A stretch of DNA of 64,000 nt, from the NCBI GenBank assembly GCA_012295275.1, contig CM022667.1:11346001-11410000 (forward strand), given 5' to 3'. Below, in pieces: positions 1 through 12,522 of the stretch. The notes under the pieces are model-generated. The model was not told the DNA's origin. It did no database searches and saw only the letters and a program-made list of their open reading frames with translations. This DNA is from Chrysomallon squamiferum. Its lineage: Eukaryota; Animalia; Mollusca. Numbering within the stretch: position 1 is the first letter of the stretch; every line of letters begins with the position of its first letter. Position numbers and translations under genes: made by a program.

Positions 1-511
1 CACATTTTGAATAGTAAAATCAATCAGTATTTTATTTGTAAGATTTATGCAATCAATATTCTCTTCTGAGTGATCTCCGTAAAGTTAAGAATCGTGACAA
101 GAAATGTACGTTCATCCAAAACAAGAACAATTAAATCAATTAATGCTTTCATTGCGAAAATTTAAAGAACACTGTATGGGTGTGTGTATATGTGCGTATT
201 TATTTAGGTGTGTGTGTGGGTGAGTTCGTGCCTATCCGTGTCCTTATGTTTTTTTGTATGTATGATTCTGTAATTTAGCTTTGCAGTATTTATTTTATTT
301 ATTTGTTTATTTGTTACTATTTTGTTTTGTTTGTTTGTTGTTGTTTTTTTGTTTGTTTGTTTTCCAATTTAATTTATTTTGTTTCATATTTTTTTCTCTT
401 TCTGGTTTTTTCTTTTTTCGTTCATCTTTTTTCGTTTCTTTATTTATTGGCTGGTTTATTGATTTTTATTTTTCCCCTTTATTTTGTTTTGTTTCGACTT
501 GTCTCCGCTAT

Positions 512-546
<35 letters not shown>

Positions 547-930
547 TTCTTGATTTTTATTTATTGATTCTTTATTATTATTATTATTATTAATATTAAT
601 ATTATTTTATTTATTGATTTATTTATTTATGTTTTATTTATTTATTTATTTATTTATTATTATTTTTTTTTATAATTACTGTACTTAGTAACACTAAATT
701 GATATTGATTCAGACAACGAAATGTTTGTGTTCAAATCTAGTATGACAATCATTTCAATTGTGACGGAACGTATGTTATTAAATTTTAATTCACAAAATC
801 CGTAGAAACTGTTTGATCAAACTGTTATTTTTAATAAGTATTTTATATATAGATAGATAGATACATAGAAAGATAGATAGATAGATAGATATACATACAT
901 ACATATATATATTACAAACACACACAGACA

Positions 931-1039
<109 letters not shown>

Positions 1040-1482
1040 TAACTCCACAATTGTCCGAATTTAAAGTTGATATTATTTAGATTCAAATGTGTGTGTGTGT
1101 GTATGTGTGTGTGTGTAAATATGCGGGACCACACAAAGTGCTAGCCACGATCTCAGTGAGTCCACAGTCGGAAGGAGGACGGCGTTACCTTTCAGCCATC
1201 GCGACAACCTCGATGTTGTGTATGTATGTATGTATGTATGTGTGTATGTGACTATGTATGTATATATGTATGTATGTATGTATGTATGTTAATATGTATG
1301 TATGTATGTATGTATCTATGTATGTATGTATGTATGTGTATATGTTAATATGTATATATCTAAGTATGTATATATGTATGGATATATGAAAAGAAGGACG
1401 GATGGATGCCTGTATATTCTGTTGCGCTCATTTGTAAAAGCAGACACATATATTTTCTAACCGATATCATATTTTTATTCAG

Positions 1483-1646
1483 GAAATATCGAAATTTCTA
1501 TTGCTTTGACGGATGAAGAAAACGAAGGTGTGTTTGTCTGGGAAAATGGAAATAATCTCACTTTCTCTAACTGGCGTCCTAGGGAGCCAAACAATTGGTA
1601 TGGAATTGAGGACTGTGTTTTGCTGGAATCTAGATATTTCTTTTAA
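1483..1646 (+). pseudogene. Orphan, truncated CTL terminal exon (relic A)
   Basis: After acceptor ttattcag reads GNIEISIALTDEENEGVFVWENGNNLTFSNWRPREPNNWYGIEDCVLLESRYFF*. Nearly identical to exon 4 of genes D/E/F/H but stops before the WND motif and last cysteines. No upstream exons seen in the window. Confidence 0.8.
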
Positions 1647-2437
1647 TTTGTTGATGGATTGATTGATTGATTGATTTGATTTGATTTGATTTGATTTGAT
1701 TTGATTTTATCTTATTTTATTTATTTTATTTTATTTTATTTATTACTTTACTTATTCATTAGTCTTTGAAAAGATGTCAATTTACTGTTCCTCTCGAAAA
1801 ACATAATTTTTTTATTTTTTTATTATTATTTTTTTTGTTTTTATTATTTATTTATTTTTATTTATTTTTTTTGTATCAGAAGAAAAACATTTTTTGAAAA
1901 TGTGTGCAATTATTCACCAGAATAAACTTAAATCAAACTAATGCTAAAAATCTTAGTCAAAATGATTCAAACCCATCACGAGTTACCTCCCTTGACTTCC
2001 TAACATACACCTCCTGGAACAAAAACAGTATGAGTATTTTTTTTTTCTTTTAACATCTGATGTTCAAGACAAAATTGTTAAATCCATTTGCTATTCATGT
2101 ATCGCTTCATTCTGTTGTTTTCACGGTAAGTCTCTTAGTACAGGTTCGTCGCTCCTAGTTCCCTGCACAATCCACAACTGTCCACTTGCTTAGTGAGAAC
2201 GTAGCTCGCTGTCTTAGTTCATTTCTGATCAACGAGTCATCGTCGTTTAACGAGTCCCGATACTTCTCCATAATATCATCAGAAAAATCGCATTAGAAAG
2301 GCAGAAATCGATCCTTATAGAAATTATACCTGATCGGGAATTTTTTTGTTCTTGTTTTTGTTCCTCTGTTTCCGAAGAAGTAGGGAATGTTTCTGTTAAA
2401 AGCTTGTTTTCTAAGGTTCCGAATCAAAATTATGCAC

Positions 2438-2475
<38 letters not shown>

Positions 2476-2820
2476 AAAATATCATGAAATTATAGTATCA
2501 AGTTACCCTTCATCTTTTCTAACTCGAAAGACCACTAAAATGCTTTTATTTTATTTTTTTATTTAAAAAATATGAATATGTATGGAAGGATGCTGAATTA
2601 CTCAGTGAACATAATGATGGACTGAATGTAGTAATCTCGCACGGTTTGGCGTTCGCGAGATCTCGTGATTTAACAAAAACATTCCCTGCATGCACTGTGC
2701 AATCCTGGAAATGGACGACGCCATCATTTTACTAAAGTTTACACCGAAAGAAAGAAAGAAAAAAGATCTTTGGAAACGTAACCATAAACGAAATAAAAAT
2801 ATAAGGAACACAGGCAATAT

Positions 2821-2896
<76 letters not shown>

Positions 2897-3193
2897 TAAT
2901 AAAAACAACAATAATAATAATAACAATAATAATAATAATAAAAATAATAATCATAGTAATAATAATAAAAACAGACATATCTTTACATTTTTATTCTGAT
3001 CAGTGAATCAAAACGTTTCTGAATAACAACGTAATAATTGTTCAAATATAACTATCGTCTATCCTTCAATCTTGTTGTTGTAATCATTTCTGTTTGCTGC
3101 TTTCTGCCAATAAAACAGTAAGTGAAAAGGACAAAGTCAGTGATCTCGTGATTTCGAGATTTTTTTTCCTCTTGTTTTATTTTATTGCTTTAG

Positions 3194-4566
3194 CTATCCT
3201 TTGAATTTCTCGCAGACAAAAGCATAGTCGTCTGTACAAGGCATATCAATCCACTGGCCGGAGTCACGTAGCAGAATGGTGCAGTCTCCGTTTCCATAAC
3301 CTGAAGCGGTGAACTCAGGAAACATCCATGACGTAAACGTAGCATCATTTCCATCTTCCCAGATGAACCGACTTTCGTTTTGTATATCAGTCAGTCCAAT
3401 GTAATACATAGGGTTGTACTCTGTGAATTGAAGAAGAAAATGTAAAGCAAACTTATGTACGGTATAAAAATGTGCGTGCGTCCGTGAGTTATAGTAAAGT
3501 GCTTCTTATATATCTATATCTATATGTATATATATATATATATATATATCTATTACAGGGAAATTAGGAGGAAATGCAGTGTTATGCCTGATTCTTTCGG
3601 AAAATGTGTGCAATTACTGAAAATTCCAGATATTATGAATGTTTCCTGAAATTTGACTGTCTAAGTTAAACAATAATTGCCAACTCCACACCAAGAATTA
3701 ATATATGTGCTACAACAACAACTAAAACAGTTGCCAAAATAACAATATCTAATACCACAACTATGGAAAATAACTAATACCACTACTACAACAGCTACTA
3801 ATACCGCTGCATACTACAACAACAGCAAATACCACAACTAGAATAACTAATACAACTATCACCAGCAGAACAACGACAACAACAGAGCTACTATTACTAA
3901 CATTACTACGACTGCAAATGAAGTAATAGTAATTGTAACTTAAAAAAACAACAACGAAAAAAACACAAAAAGAAAGAGAACAAAAGCTCGAAGACAATAA
4001 CTATAAGTAATAACAAAAATAACAACAACAACAATAATTATAATAACATTGATACATGATATTATATTATGAGTAATTTTAATTCACATCCAATAACTAT
4101 TACTGTTATTATTAATATAGAAACTACTACACATACTACTCTGTTACTATTTCTATCATTAATACTGAGATTGTGAAAGTGAAACTGCAACTAATTCCGT
4201 TATTGCAATAACAAGAACAGATACCTCTACCACAACAAATGATATCACCACCAAAACCACTATTCCAGTTAACACCATTACTATCTAACAACTAAAATCA
4301 CCATCATTACAACGACAACAATTACGTTACTGGTGTTATTACTAACTTCACCTCTACTTCAATAACCACTGCTATTAGTATTAATATAAAAAACTACCAC
4401 AGATACTACTATGTTACTATTGTTGTTACTATTATTACCACCACATCAACTACAAGTACACTATATTACACTGCGTCTACAAATATATTAACAGACACAG
4501 CAAAGACAACAGTAACAATAACAGAAGAACAAATACAACAACAAGCAAAACAACAACAACAACAAC

Positions 4567-4631
<65 letters not shown>

Positions 4632-6704
4632 GGTCTTACAGACATTATTTAGCGATGCATGATAAAAACATTTATTCAGAAAAATTTAAAACACTTAACC
4701 GTAACAATTCTTCTTCATGTGTTCCCAGAGTGCTAAATTCTTTTCTTCTGTGTCTAAAACAATCAACCTTGAACCAAAAGATCTGCAAAAATCACGTGCT
4801 TCGTGCCATGTTTTCGTGTCGTCAAAGATTCGGACGCAAATTTTCCCATCTTTCAAATAAACAAATCCAGATTCAGTTGGGCAGGAACCTAGAAAACAAT
4901 TGATACGAGATCCATTCACAAAAATTTACAATAAAATGTGTTATCTTGATTTTTTAATAATGATTCTTTGATTTTATTTGACTATTACAAATCTGCAATA
5001 ATAATAATAATAATAATAATAATACACTAAAAGCCATAGTAAAGGCTACACCATGTCAAACCGGCAACTCAGTTTCCCTGCTTTTTGACAGTGCAGCTGG
5101 GAGTGTAAAGAGTCGGAGCACGGGCAGCACGTGCACAAGACAAGATATGGTTTGACGTGACCTTCCATCCAGCTGTTGTGGAGGTGAGTGTAAGCTGTGC
5201 CAGTTGAATCGACCTGGAGTCCAATATCCCAACATATCCACTAAAATTAAAGGCGTGTCTCAAAGAGCAAATATATAGACAATATTAACAGCATAGGAGT
5301 TCTCATGATTATCCAGAGAATGTTGAAAATGTTTTGCAAAGAGGCACAACGTACCCATGCAAGGGCAATTGGTGCAAGAGATGATGTTGAGAATAACAGG
5401 ACGTAGTATTATCTACTCAAGTAGTTATCAAACACCATATATATAATTTCAGGATAGAGTATAGAGTAAGTAGAATCGATGTTGACAAACCTGCCTGCCT
5501 TAGATCGACTTTACACGCCAAAATGCACACTTTTCATCAGAGGACTTTTGTACTTTAGGGAAATCACATTAATAAGAAATATATGCTAACAGTAATCAGT
5601 AGATGGCAACACTCTTCAGTTATATTAACTCAGATTGCCTGGAGAAGGGGTTCCAAAGTAGCCTCCTCCCCTTTTCATTGTAATCTATGTTTGAGACAGC
5701 ATCTCCATAATAGAAATAGAAAACTGAACTAAATAACTGAGTGCTGCGATTTCTATGGCTGTCTGTATAAAAAAAAAATAATAATAATAATAATAATAAT
5801 AACAACAACAACAGCAATAATAATAATAATAATAATAATAGCAGTAGCAATAACAATAAATGAATGAGAAACAGAATGTTATATAGTAAAAGAAAGAAAA
5901 TAAAACGTGAAATGAAAATGACGTAAACTAAAAATGGAAAAAGAAGACAACGGAGAATGAAAAGAAAACTAGGAATAGCAAGAACCAAAACGATGCTTTT
6001 GATTATTATTAATAAAAAAAACAAAACAAAAAACAGAAAAAAGAATTGGTGAACATTTAATAACGTAAAATAATATGTATTTAGAATATTTTACTAATAA
6101 CATTTCTAAAGCATAAAACCTTCATGAACATAGAAGTACTGCCATCCTGGTGACGTTGAATCGTCTGGGAACTTCGTCATCCTCCTGTAATGTAGACGAC
6201 ACGTCCCATCGTTGTTGTAAGAAAACGACTGACAATCGAAATAATTTCCACACCTTCTTCCACACTCTATGACAGAACTGATCTTAGAAAGAGAAGATAA
6301 GATGCAACATCTAATATCTATGTTGTCTGCCGAATGATTCCTTTTCCAAAACAAAACCTCAGTGTTGGACCTGAAAATAAAGAGTATTGTCCAATTTTGC
6401 GACGATTTCTTTTTTTTTTTCTTTTTTTAATAAAACTAAATTTAATGTAAATAAAAATTGTTTCTAATACCTCTGAATAGATATCAAAAATCTGACACCA
6501 CTTTCGTTTCAGCCTGATAATATGTATATTAAAATATATAACAATGTAAAATGCAAATATGAATAAGAAGACAGACAGACGGATGTTAATGTTTTATAAA
6601 ACAAACCTGTACGTGGTTTGAGGTTTCTTTAAAACCTGGGTGTTTGAGAGACACAAAAGAGCCGATGAGATCCACAAACAGACAACGACTGTGAATTTCT
6701 GCAT
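3194..6704 (-). CDS. Secreted PAN/Apple + C-type lectin protein (gene B, ~254 aa)
   Basis: Exons 6704-6607 (MQKFTVVVCLWISSALLCLSNTQVLKKPQTTY, signal-like), 6370-6120 (PAN: ECGRRCGNYFDCQSFSYNNDGTCRLH), 4888-4700 (GSCPTESGF..ICVRIFDDTKTWHEARDFC..SRLIVL), 3420-3194 (YYIGLTD..FIWEDG..DC..GQWIDMPC..FVCEK). All introns GT-AG, phases 2/1/1, frame open to TAG. Confidence 0.88.
5069..5306 (-). pseudogene. Possible frameshifted secreted-protein gene fragment nested in intron 2 of gene B
   Basis: ATG at 5306 gives MRTPMLLILSIYLL (signal-like). A 1-nt shift near 5263 continues LRHAFNFSGYVGILDSRSIQLAQLTLTSTTAGWKVTSNHILSCARAARAPTLYTPSCTVKKQGN*. GC content is higher than the surrounding intron. Confidence 0.35.
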
Positions 6705-7547
6705 GTCTAATCACGTGACACCTGAACCGCTCGGCGAATTTGAAAAACTGAACACTTTTCATATCGTCGTAGATTAATAAAGCTGAAATGCTGATAATTG
6801 ACAGTTCAAACGAAGACATTAAACGGGACATTAAAAAAGCGTGATAAATTGTCTGTTCGTGCGTGAACACCAAATCATTTACTTCGTTGTTGAATTTTCT
6901 TTTGAAGTTTCTAACTTTTTCTAATTGTTTTTTTTACTTCATTAACTTGATTTTGTATGAATTGCATACAATTTTACGAAATAAAAAAATTATCATTAAA
7001 ACTAACAGAATCAATAAGACAGATAGTCAAACTGGATTCAATACGTACGGTGTGCACAGAAACCTTTCAAGAATATATTCAGCATTCAATTCATGTAATG
7101 ATTAATTAACAATACTTACATTTTGACTTCAAAAATCTATACTGACTATGATGTTAGTAACAATCATAACAATAATTGTAGTAATTTAAATAGCAGTAGT
7201 AATTGTACTAATGATAACGATGATCATGATGATGGTGATAACAACAAAAACAGGAACAATACCATAACAACAACAACGACGACAACTGTAATAATAATAA
7301 TAATAAATAAATCAATAAATCAATAAATGAAAAGTAATAATAATTATTAAAAAAAAAACACTGTAAAATAACAATAATACATTTTAAACTTTTTATTATC
7401 TAAAATACGTTTTCTCAAGTGACAATTTGACGAGATGTAAAAATCATAATTCCGTCATTTTCAAGAAGAAGAAAACAACTGTACACACTATTCGACATTG
7501 TTTTTCGTTCTTATGGGGGGGGGTCCGGTGGTGCGGAAGTGAAAGAT

Positions 7548-8642
7548 TCACTCGTTTTCAGAACTGTCATCGTATTTACTGTTTGTTTCAAAGCTTTCCT
7601 TGTTTTCACCTGGCACCTGGTTCAACTGGTCACCTTGAAAATAAACGATACACCAGATATAAAATAACAATAAAATTCAATAATAATCAATAATAATTCT
7701 TGAAGATTCCATTTTTGACATTGAGAATTCTTTTTTTCCACGCAAAGCTTTCTGGTGGTTCAGTGTAAATAAATTTAATTTCACACACACACACAGAGAC
7801 ACACACATATAATTATAAAGAAAAATTGTGAAGATAAACTTTATGTAAAAAGGTATATAGTATAGATGGTTGCGTTTCAGACAGATATTTTTTCTAAACA
7901 ATTAAGTAATTAATATATCAAGAGAGAAAGTATGAATGACATTATTAAAAAATGAAAGAAAAAACCTGCATCAACATAGAAATGTCGCCATCCTGGTGAC
8001 ATTGAATCGTCTGACAACATCGCCATCGTCCTAGAATGTAGACGACATGTCCCATCGTTGTTGTAAGAAAACGACTGACAGTTACAATCATTTCTACATC
8101 TTCTGGAGCACTCTACGACAGAACTGATCTTAGACAGAGAAGATAAGATGTAACTTCTAATAGCTACGTCGTCTGCCGAATGATTCCTTTTCCAAAGCGA
8201 AACTTCAGTGTTGCACCTGAAAAGAAACCGGACGTACGTCATATTCTGAACAGAATTTAGACGAAAAAAAAGATTAAAAAAAAGAAAAAAGAAAAATAAG
8301 GATCTGAGTTGATCAAAAATATATATGATCATAATTATTATTATTTTTTTTTCTTATACCAAAAAGTTATTGTGTTTTCCAACTTAGTTTGGAATGGCAC
8401 ATTTTTAAAATTCCTGCGGCTTTAGCCTGAAATAACGTAACTTGTTTTCGATTTCTCTCTTGCCTTTAAATTCCTTAATTAGTAGTGTCAGGAGAATATG
8501 TTGGCTATTCGTGTTGGATGGATGCATATATTATCGTAATAAAGAACCCCATTTCTTGTTAGCTATGGATAAGCGTTTCTTTTTTCTTTCCCTTCTTTTT
8601 GGTCTTTTTTCTTTCTTTCTTTCCTTCTTTCTTTCGTTTTTG

Positions 8643-8687
<45 letters not shown>

Positions 8688-9284
8688 TTATATTTTTGGG
8701 GGGGTTTGTTGTTGTTTTTTGGTCTAAAGCTATTTTCAAATGTAACTGTTGGCATTGAACCTTAGCTGTGACTAATTGAAAAATACGACAGTGATGACGG
8801 CACTTGACAATGTGATAAATGGTCAATTTCTCATTCACAATACAAACTATCTTTTTTTACAAACGTCAATACAAAACGTGACAGTAAGTGGTCTGTTCGT
8901 TTCTGACTCGTTTTCCAGGCTTTGACACTTTTAGCAACCTTTTCAGTTCGCGATGGACAATCGTATGAATAACAGCGAATTAACTCCGAAACTGTAAAGA
9001 CAGGATTTGCTACAACATCTGTTTGTAATACATCTGAATAGAGTATCAGTTATAAAAAAGAACTTCCATTACAATCAAATAAAACGTATATTAAAATATA
9101 ACAGTATAAATTACAAATATGAATTAGTAAATACATAGACATACAGACAGACAGACACACAGACAGACATCGATTTTTAAACAAACCTGTTTATCACTTG
9201 ACTTTCCATTTCACACATGGTAGCAGTCAAACACAAAAGAACTGATAAAGACCACAAAGAAAAAGTTGTCGAGTACCTTTCCAT
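7548..9284 (-). CDS. Secreted PAN-only protein with short acidic tail (gene C, ~144 aa), or alternative 5' module for gene B
   Basis: Exons 9284-9187 (MERYSTTFSLWSLSVLLCLTATMCEMESQVIN) and 8216-7966 (PAN: ECSRRCRNDCNCQSFSYNNDGTCRLHS) have the same lengths (98 and 251 nt) as gene B exons 1-2. No CTL exons follow. Candidate terminal exon 7633-7548 (GDQLNQVPGENKESFETNSKYDDSSENE*) after ttattttcaag is in the right phase but less certain. Confidence 0.7.
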
Positions 9285-9659
9285 TGCTAATAACGTGAGA
9301 TCTGAACAGCCCGATGAATTTCACTTTTGTTGTATCATATAATGATGAAGCTGTATCATAAATCGATAAACTGATGAATAACAGGTTAAATAAAACTAAC
9401 GAGAGAATAATGAAAAAAAAAAAATATATATATATATACAGCAATTGTTCGTGTTCTTGTTAAACCTTCTTTATCGTTTTTCTTTCTCTAATTATTTTTT
9501 CACTTCATTAAACTTTTTTTCTAACAAATGAATGTTGAGTGTTTCACTATCTGTTATTAATATTATTATTTATTACTGGTATTATTCGTTTAAACTAAGA
9601 GAAAAAATCAAAAAGGAAATCAAACACTGGAATATGCACGGCAGATAATGCGTAGACAT

Positions 9660-10115
9660 CGATTATTAATTTGCTGTTGATAATGTTCGCAATTAAGCTC
9701 TCTCAACTGAATTAAAATGCATTTGCTATATAGAATCTGTGTAGAATGCTTACATTAATATGTTTTTGTTTTTCAGTACAGTTACAGTTTGTCGTATAAT
9801 AGGAAGACATAAATTATTCACTGGCTGTAGGTATTCTTTGCGATTAAGCTCTCTCCACTGAAATAAAACGTGTTTGGTAAACAGAATCTGTGTCTAAACA
9901 ACAAAATGACACCTGGGTGTAGAATTTTTATATTATTATGATTCTGTTTTAGAACTGTTATTGCTTGTTTGACGTAAAGCGGAAAAAAAAAAATGAAACG
10001 TTTGAAAGTGTAAGGCAGATAATATGAAGACATAAATTATTAATTGTCTGTTCGCATTGTTTGATACTAACATTTCTCAACTGGAATAAAATATTTTTAT
10101 TAATTAGAGTCACTG
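9660..10115. repeat. Degenerate local tandem repeat, ~3 units
   Basis: Blocks attaagctctctc(a/c)actgaa..aaa..agaatctgtgt and gaagacataaattatt recur near 9690, 9842 and (decayed) 10070. Confidence 0.55.
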
Positions 10116-10366
10116 TCTGAACATAAAAAGATCTCGAGACTTAGTAACCATCATTCTCTTTCATGTATTTACTACCGTCAAAATTCATAAAACATATCTG
10201 ACTTCGTTAATTTGGTAGGAAACACATTTCCTTAAGTATAAGCTTATTCAGTTTGGTAATTATTTTTCGTTATATATAAAAATCTGTGAGTATATATATA
10301 TATGTATGTATGTACGTATGTATGTACGTATGTATGTATAGATAAGTATACATTGTTTTTATTCAG

Positions 10367-10563
10367 ATACATTGAGTACTCTTGCTTTGACGAATCCGAG
10401 AAATGAGGATGAAGACTGATATAATCGTTTGCAAACTGCCAGCGTTTAGAGCCAAACGATGCCCATGGGAATGAAAACTGTGTCATCCAAGGAAAGACTC
10501 TAGAACGATTACAAAAGCACGAAATCATTTAAATATATTTGTGAAAAGTCATTCAGATTATAA
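10367..10563 (+). pseudogene. Decayed CTL terminal exon
   Basis: Pieces LALTNPRNE.. / EPNDAHGNENCVI.. / *NDYKSTKSFKYICEKS with deletions and stops. Confidence 0.75.
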
Positions 10564-10708
10564 GTCATTTCAAGATACCACAGAGTACGTGATATAGACT
10601 ACGTGCAACATTAATGTATTTTCTCTTTGATAATAAATGTAAGTTTTAAACGTTTTACTCGTCAAACCCTTGATATTAGTTCTATACTTTTAAAAAGTAT
10701 ATATATAT

Positions 10709-10739
<31 letters not shown>

Positions 10740-10919
10740 TAGATATAGATATATACACACACATTTAATAAAGTTTCCCTTTTGTTTTATTCATTCCGTC
10801 CATGTGTCAGTCTATCCCTAAATCTCTTTCTATACGTTTATCATTCTATCTATCAAACTTTCGGTCTGTCTATCTTTCTGTTCATCTCTCAATATATATA
10901 TAGATGTTTATTTTTGCAG

Positions 10920-11290
10920 CAAATCTAAACAGTTTCGTGGGAATGAGAGAATTCGGTATTTGACGACGTCACAATTAAGGAAAAATCATTGTGTCACATA
11001 ATTAATGCCAGTGCTCAATGTTATGCCAATTTATCCATTTATTACTGAAGATAAGAATACATTAATCATACAAAGAACACAGTTTTAAAGATATTTCTGT
11101 AACAAGTTAATTCTTATTGTAGGTGACTGTCCAATTCAAGATGGTTTCTTTCTATTACGAGATGTTAGTCTGTGTTTCAAAATGTCCACAACAGTTCAAC
11201 AGTGCAAGAAAGCCCGAGATGGCTACACTAAGTTTGGTTCTCGGCTGATTGTTGTGGATACACATCAGAAGTATTTAAAAATTGTTAATG
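10920..11290 (+). pseudogene. PAN-CTL relic (truncated exon 2 plus exon 3)
   Basis: 10920-10995 SKQFR..FDDVT fragment, frameshifted and deleted. 11123-11290 GDCPIQDGFFLLRDVSLCFKMSTTVQQCKKARDGYTKFGSRLIVVDT, with the conserved Trp and Cys lost and no donor. Confidence 0.8.
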
Positions 11291-12032
11291 TGTTGTTGTT
11301 GTTGTTTTATTATCGAATCTTTTGATATTACTATGTCCTGTTATTTTCACATCATCTCTTCACCAATTGCCCTTGCATGGGTACGTTGTGCCTCTTTGCA
11401 AAACATTTTTATTAAATCAAACTGATCAAACAATTTCCACGGATTTCGTTTTTTATTATCATTTCGTAACATATATTGCATCACAACTGAAATAGGTTCA
11501 TGATGCTAGATTTGAACATAGAAATATTTCGTTTTCTGAATCATTATGAATTTAATGTCATTTAGTACAAACAGACCAAAGGCTGAAAACATGACAATAA
11601 ATAAACTGAAACCGGCATATCTTGTCATGATTATTTCCTTTACAGTGATTAGTCAGAAAAGAATATTGATTCCATAAATCTAACAATAAAATTGGTTTCA
11701 CTTTTGTAAACTGTGGAACGCATGCGCTACGGGTTAGTTAATTCCGGACGAATCGGATGACTTTGCTTTGATGTTATTGTTTAATTATTATTATTATTAT
11801 TTTTATTATGTTTTACAACTTTACCAGAATCACCCCAGCGATCCGTCAGAGGGAATATTCATCAAAAATGATTAAAACTATCAGTTATTGATATTTTAAT
11901 TTTCAACTATTTCATTATCACCTGCGCTTATATTTGCAGGCATAATTTGTAGAAAACACTTTATTAGGGTAACGTCTGTATAGTTTGTAGGTAACCAAAC
12001 ACTGGAGTTTACGAGTAACAATCTTTGTAATC

Positions 12033-12488
12033 ATGGAATGTTATTCTATTCTGCTTCTTGTTTTAAGTTTTGTCTCTGCGGCAATCAGGTATTTATATAA
12101 AAATAATATTTGTCATCATCATTAAGCAATATATATATATTTAATCACAAAACTGTATTCAGCAAACATTGATATTTCTTCTTTTTCTTAGTAAAGTTTC
12201 TATTTACTTTTCTATCCAGATTTGTTATCCAATACGTCTATCCATATATACATATATATCAAAAACTCTATCTACCTAGCTATTTCTCTGTCTTTTTATG
12301 TTTCATGCATCAGACTCTCTGTCTGTTTGTCTGTCTCTGTTTATTAATGCTACTCATTTGTCCATTCTAGATATTGTGTGCATATATGAATATATACATA
12401 TACATACACATATACATATACATATACATATACATACACATATACATATACATACACATACACATACACATACACATACATACATACA

Positions 12489-12522
<34 letters not shown>

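Noticed and set aside
3700-4620. Thr-rich mucin-like reading of ACT/ACA repeats (also 30330-30890, 45800-46130, 48530-49010)
   Set aside because: Degenerate trinucleotide repeats with frequent stops. The first two lie antisense within introns and none has credible splice sites.
6586-6873. 95-aa minus-strand ORF as gene B first exon
   Set aside because: Wrong phase at the donor. The real leader is in another frame (ATG 6704) and matches gene C exon 1 in length.
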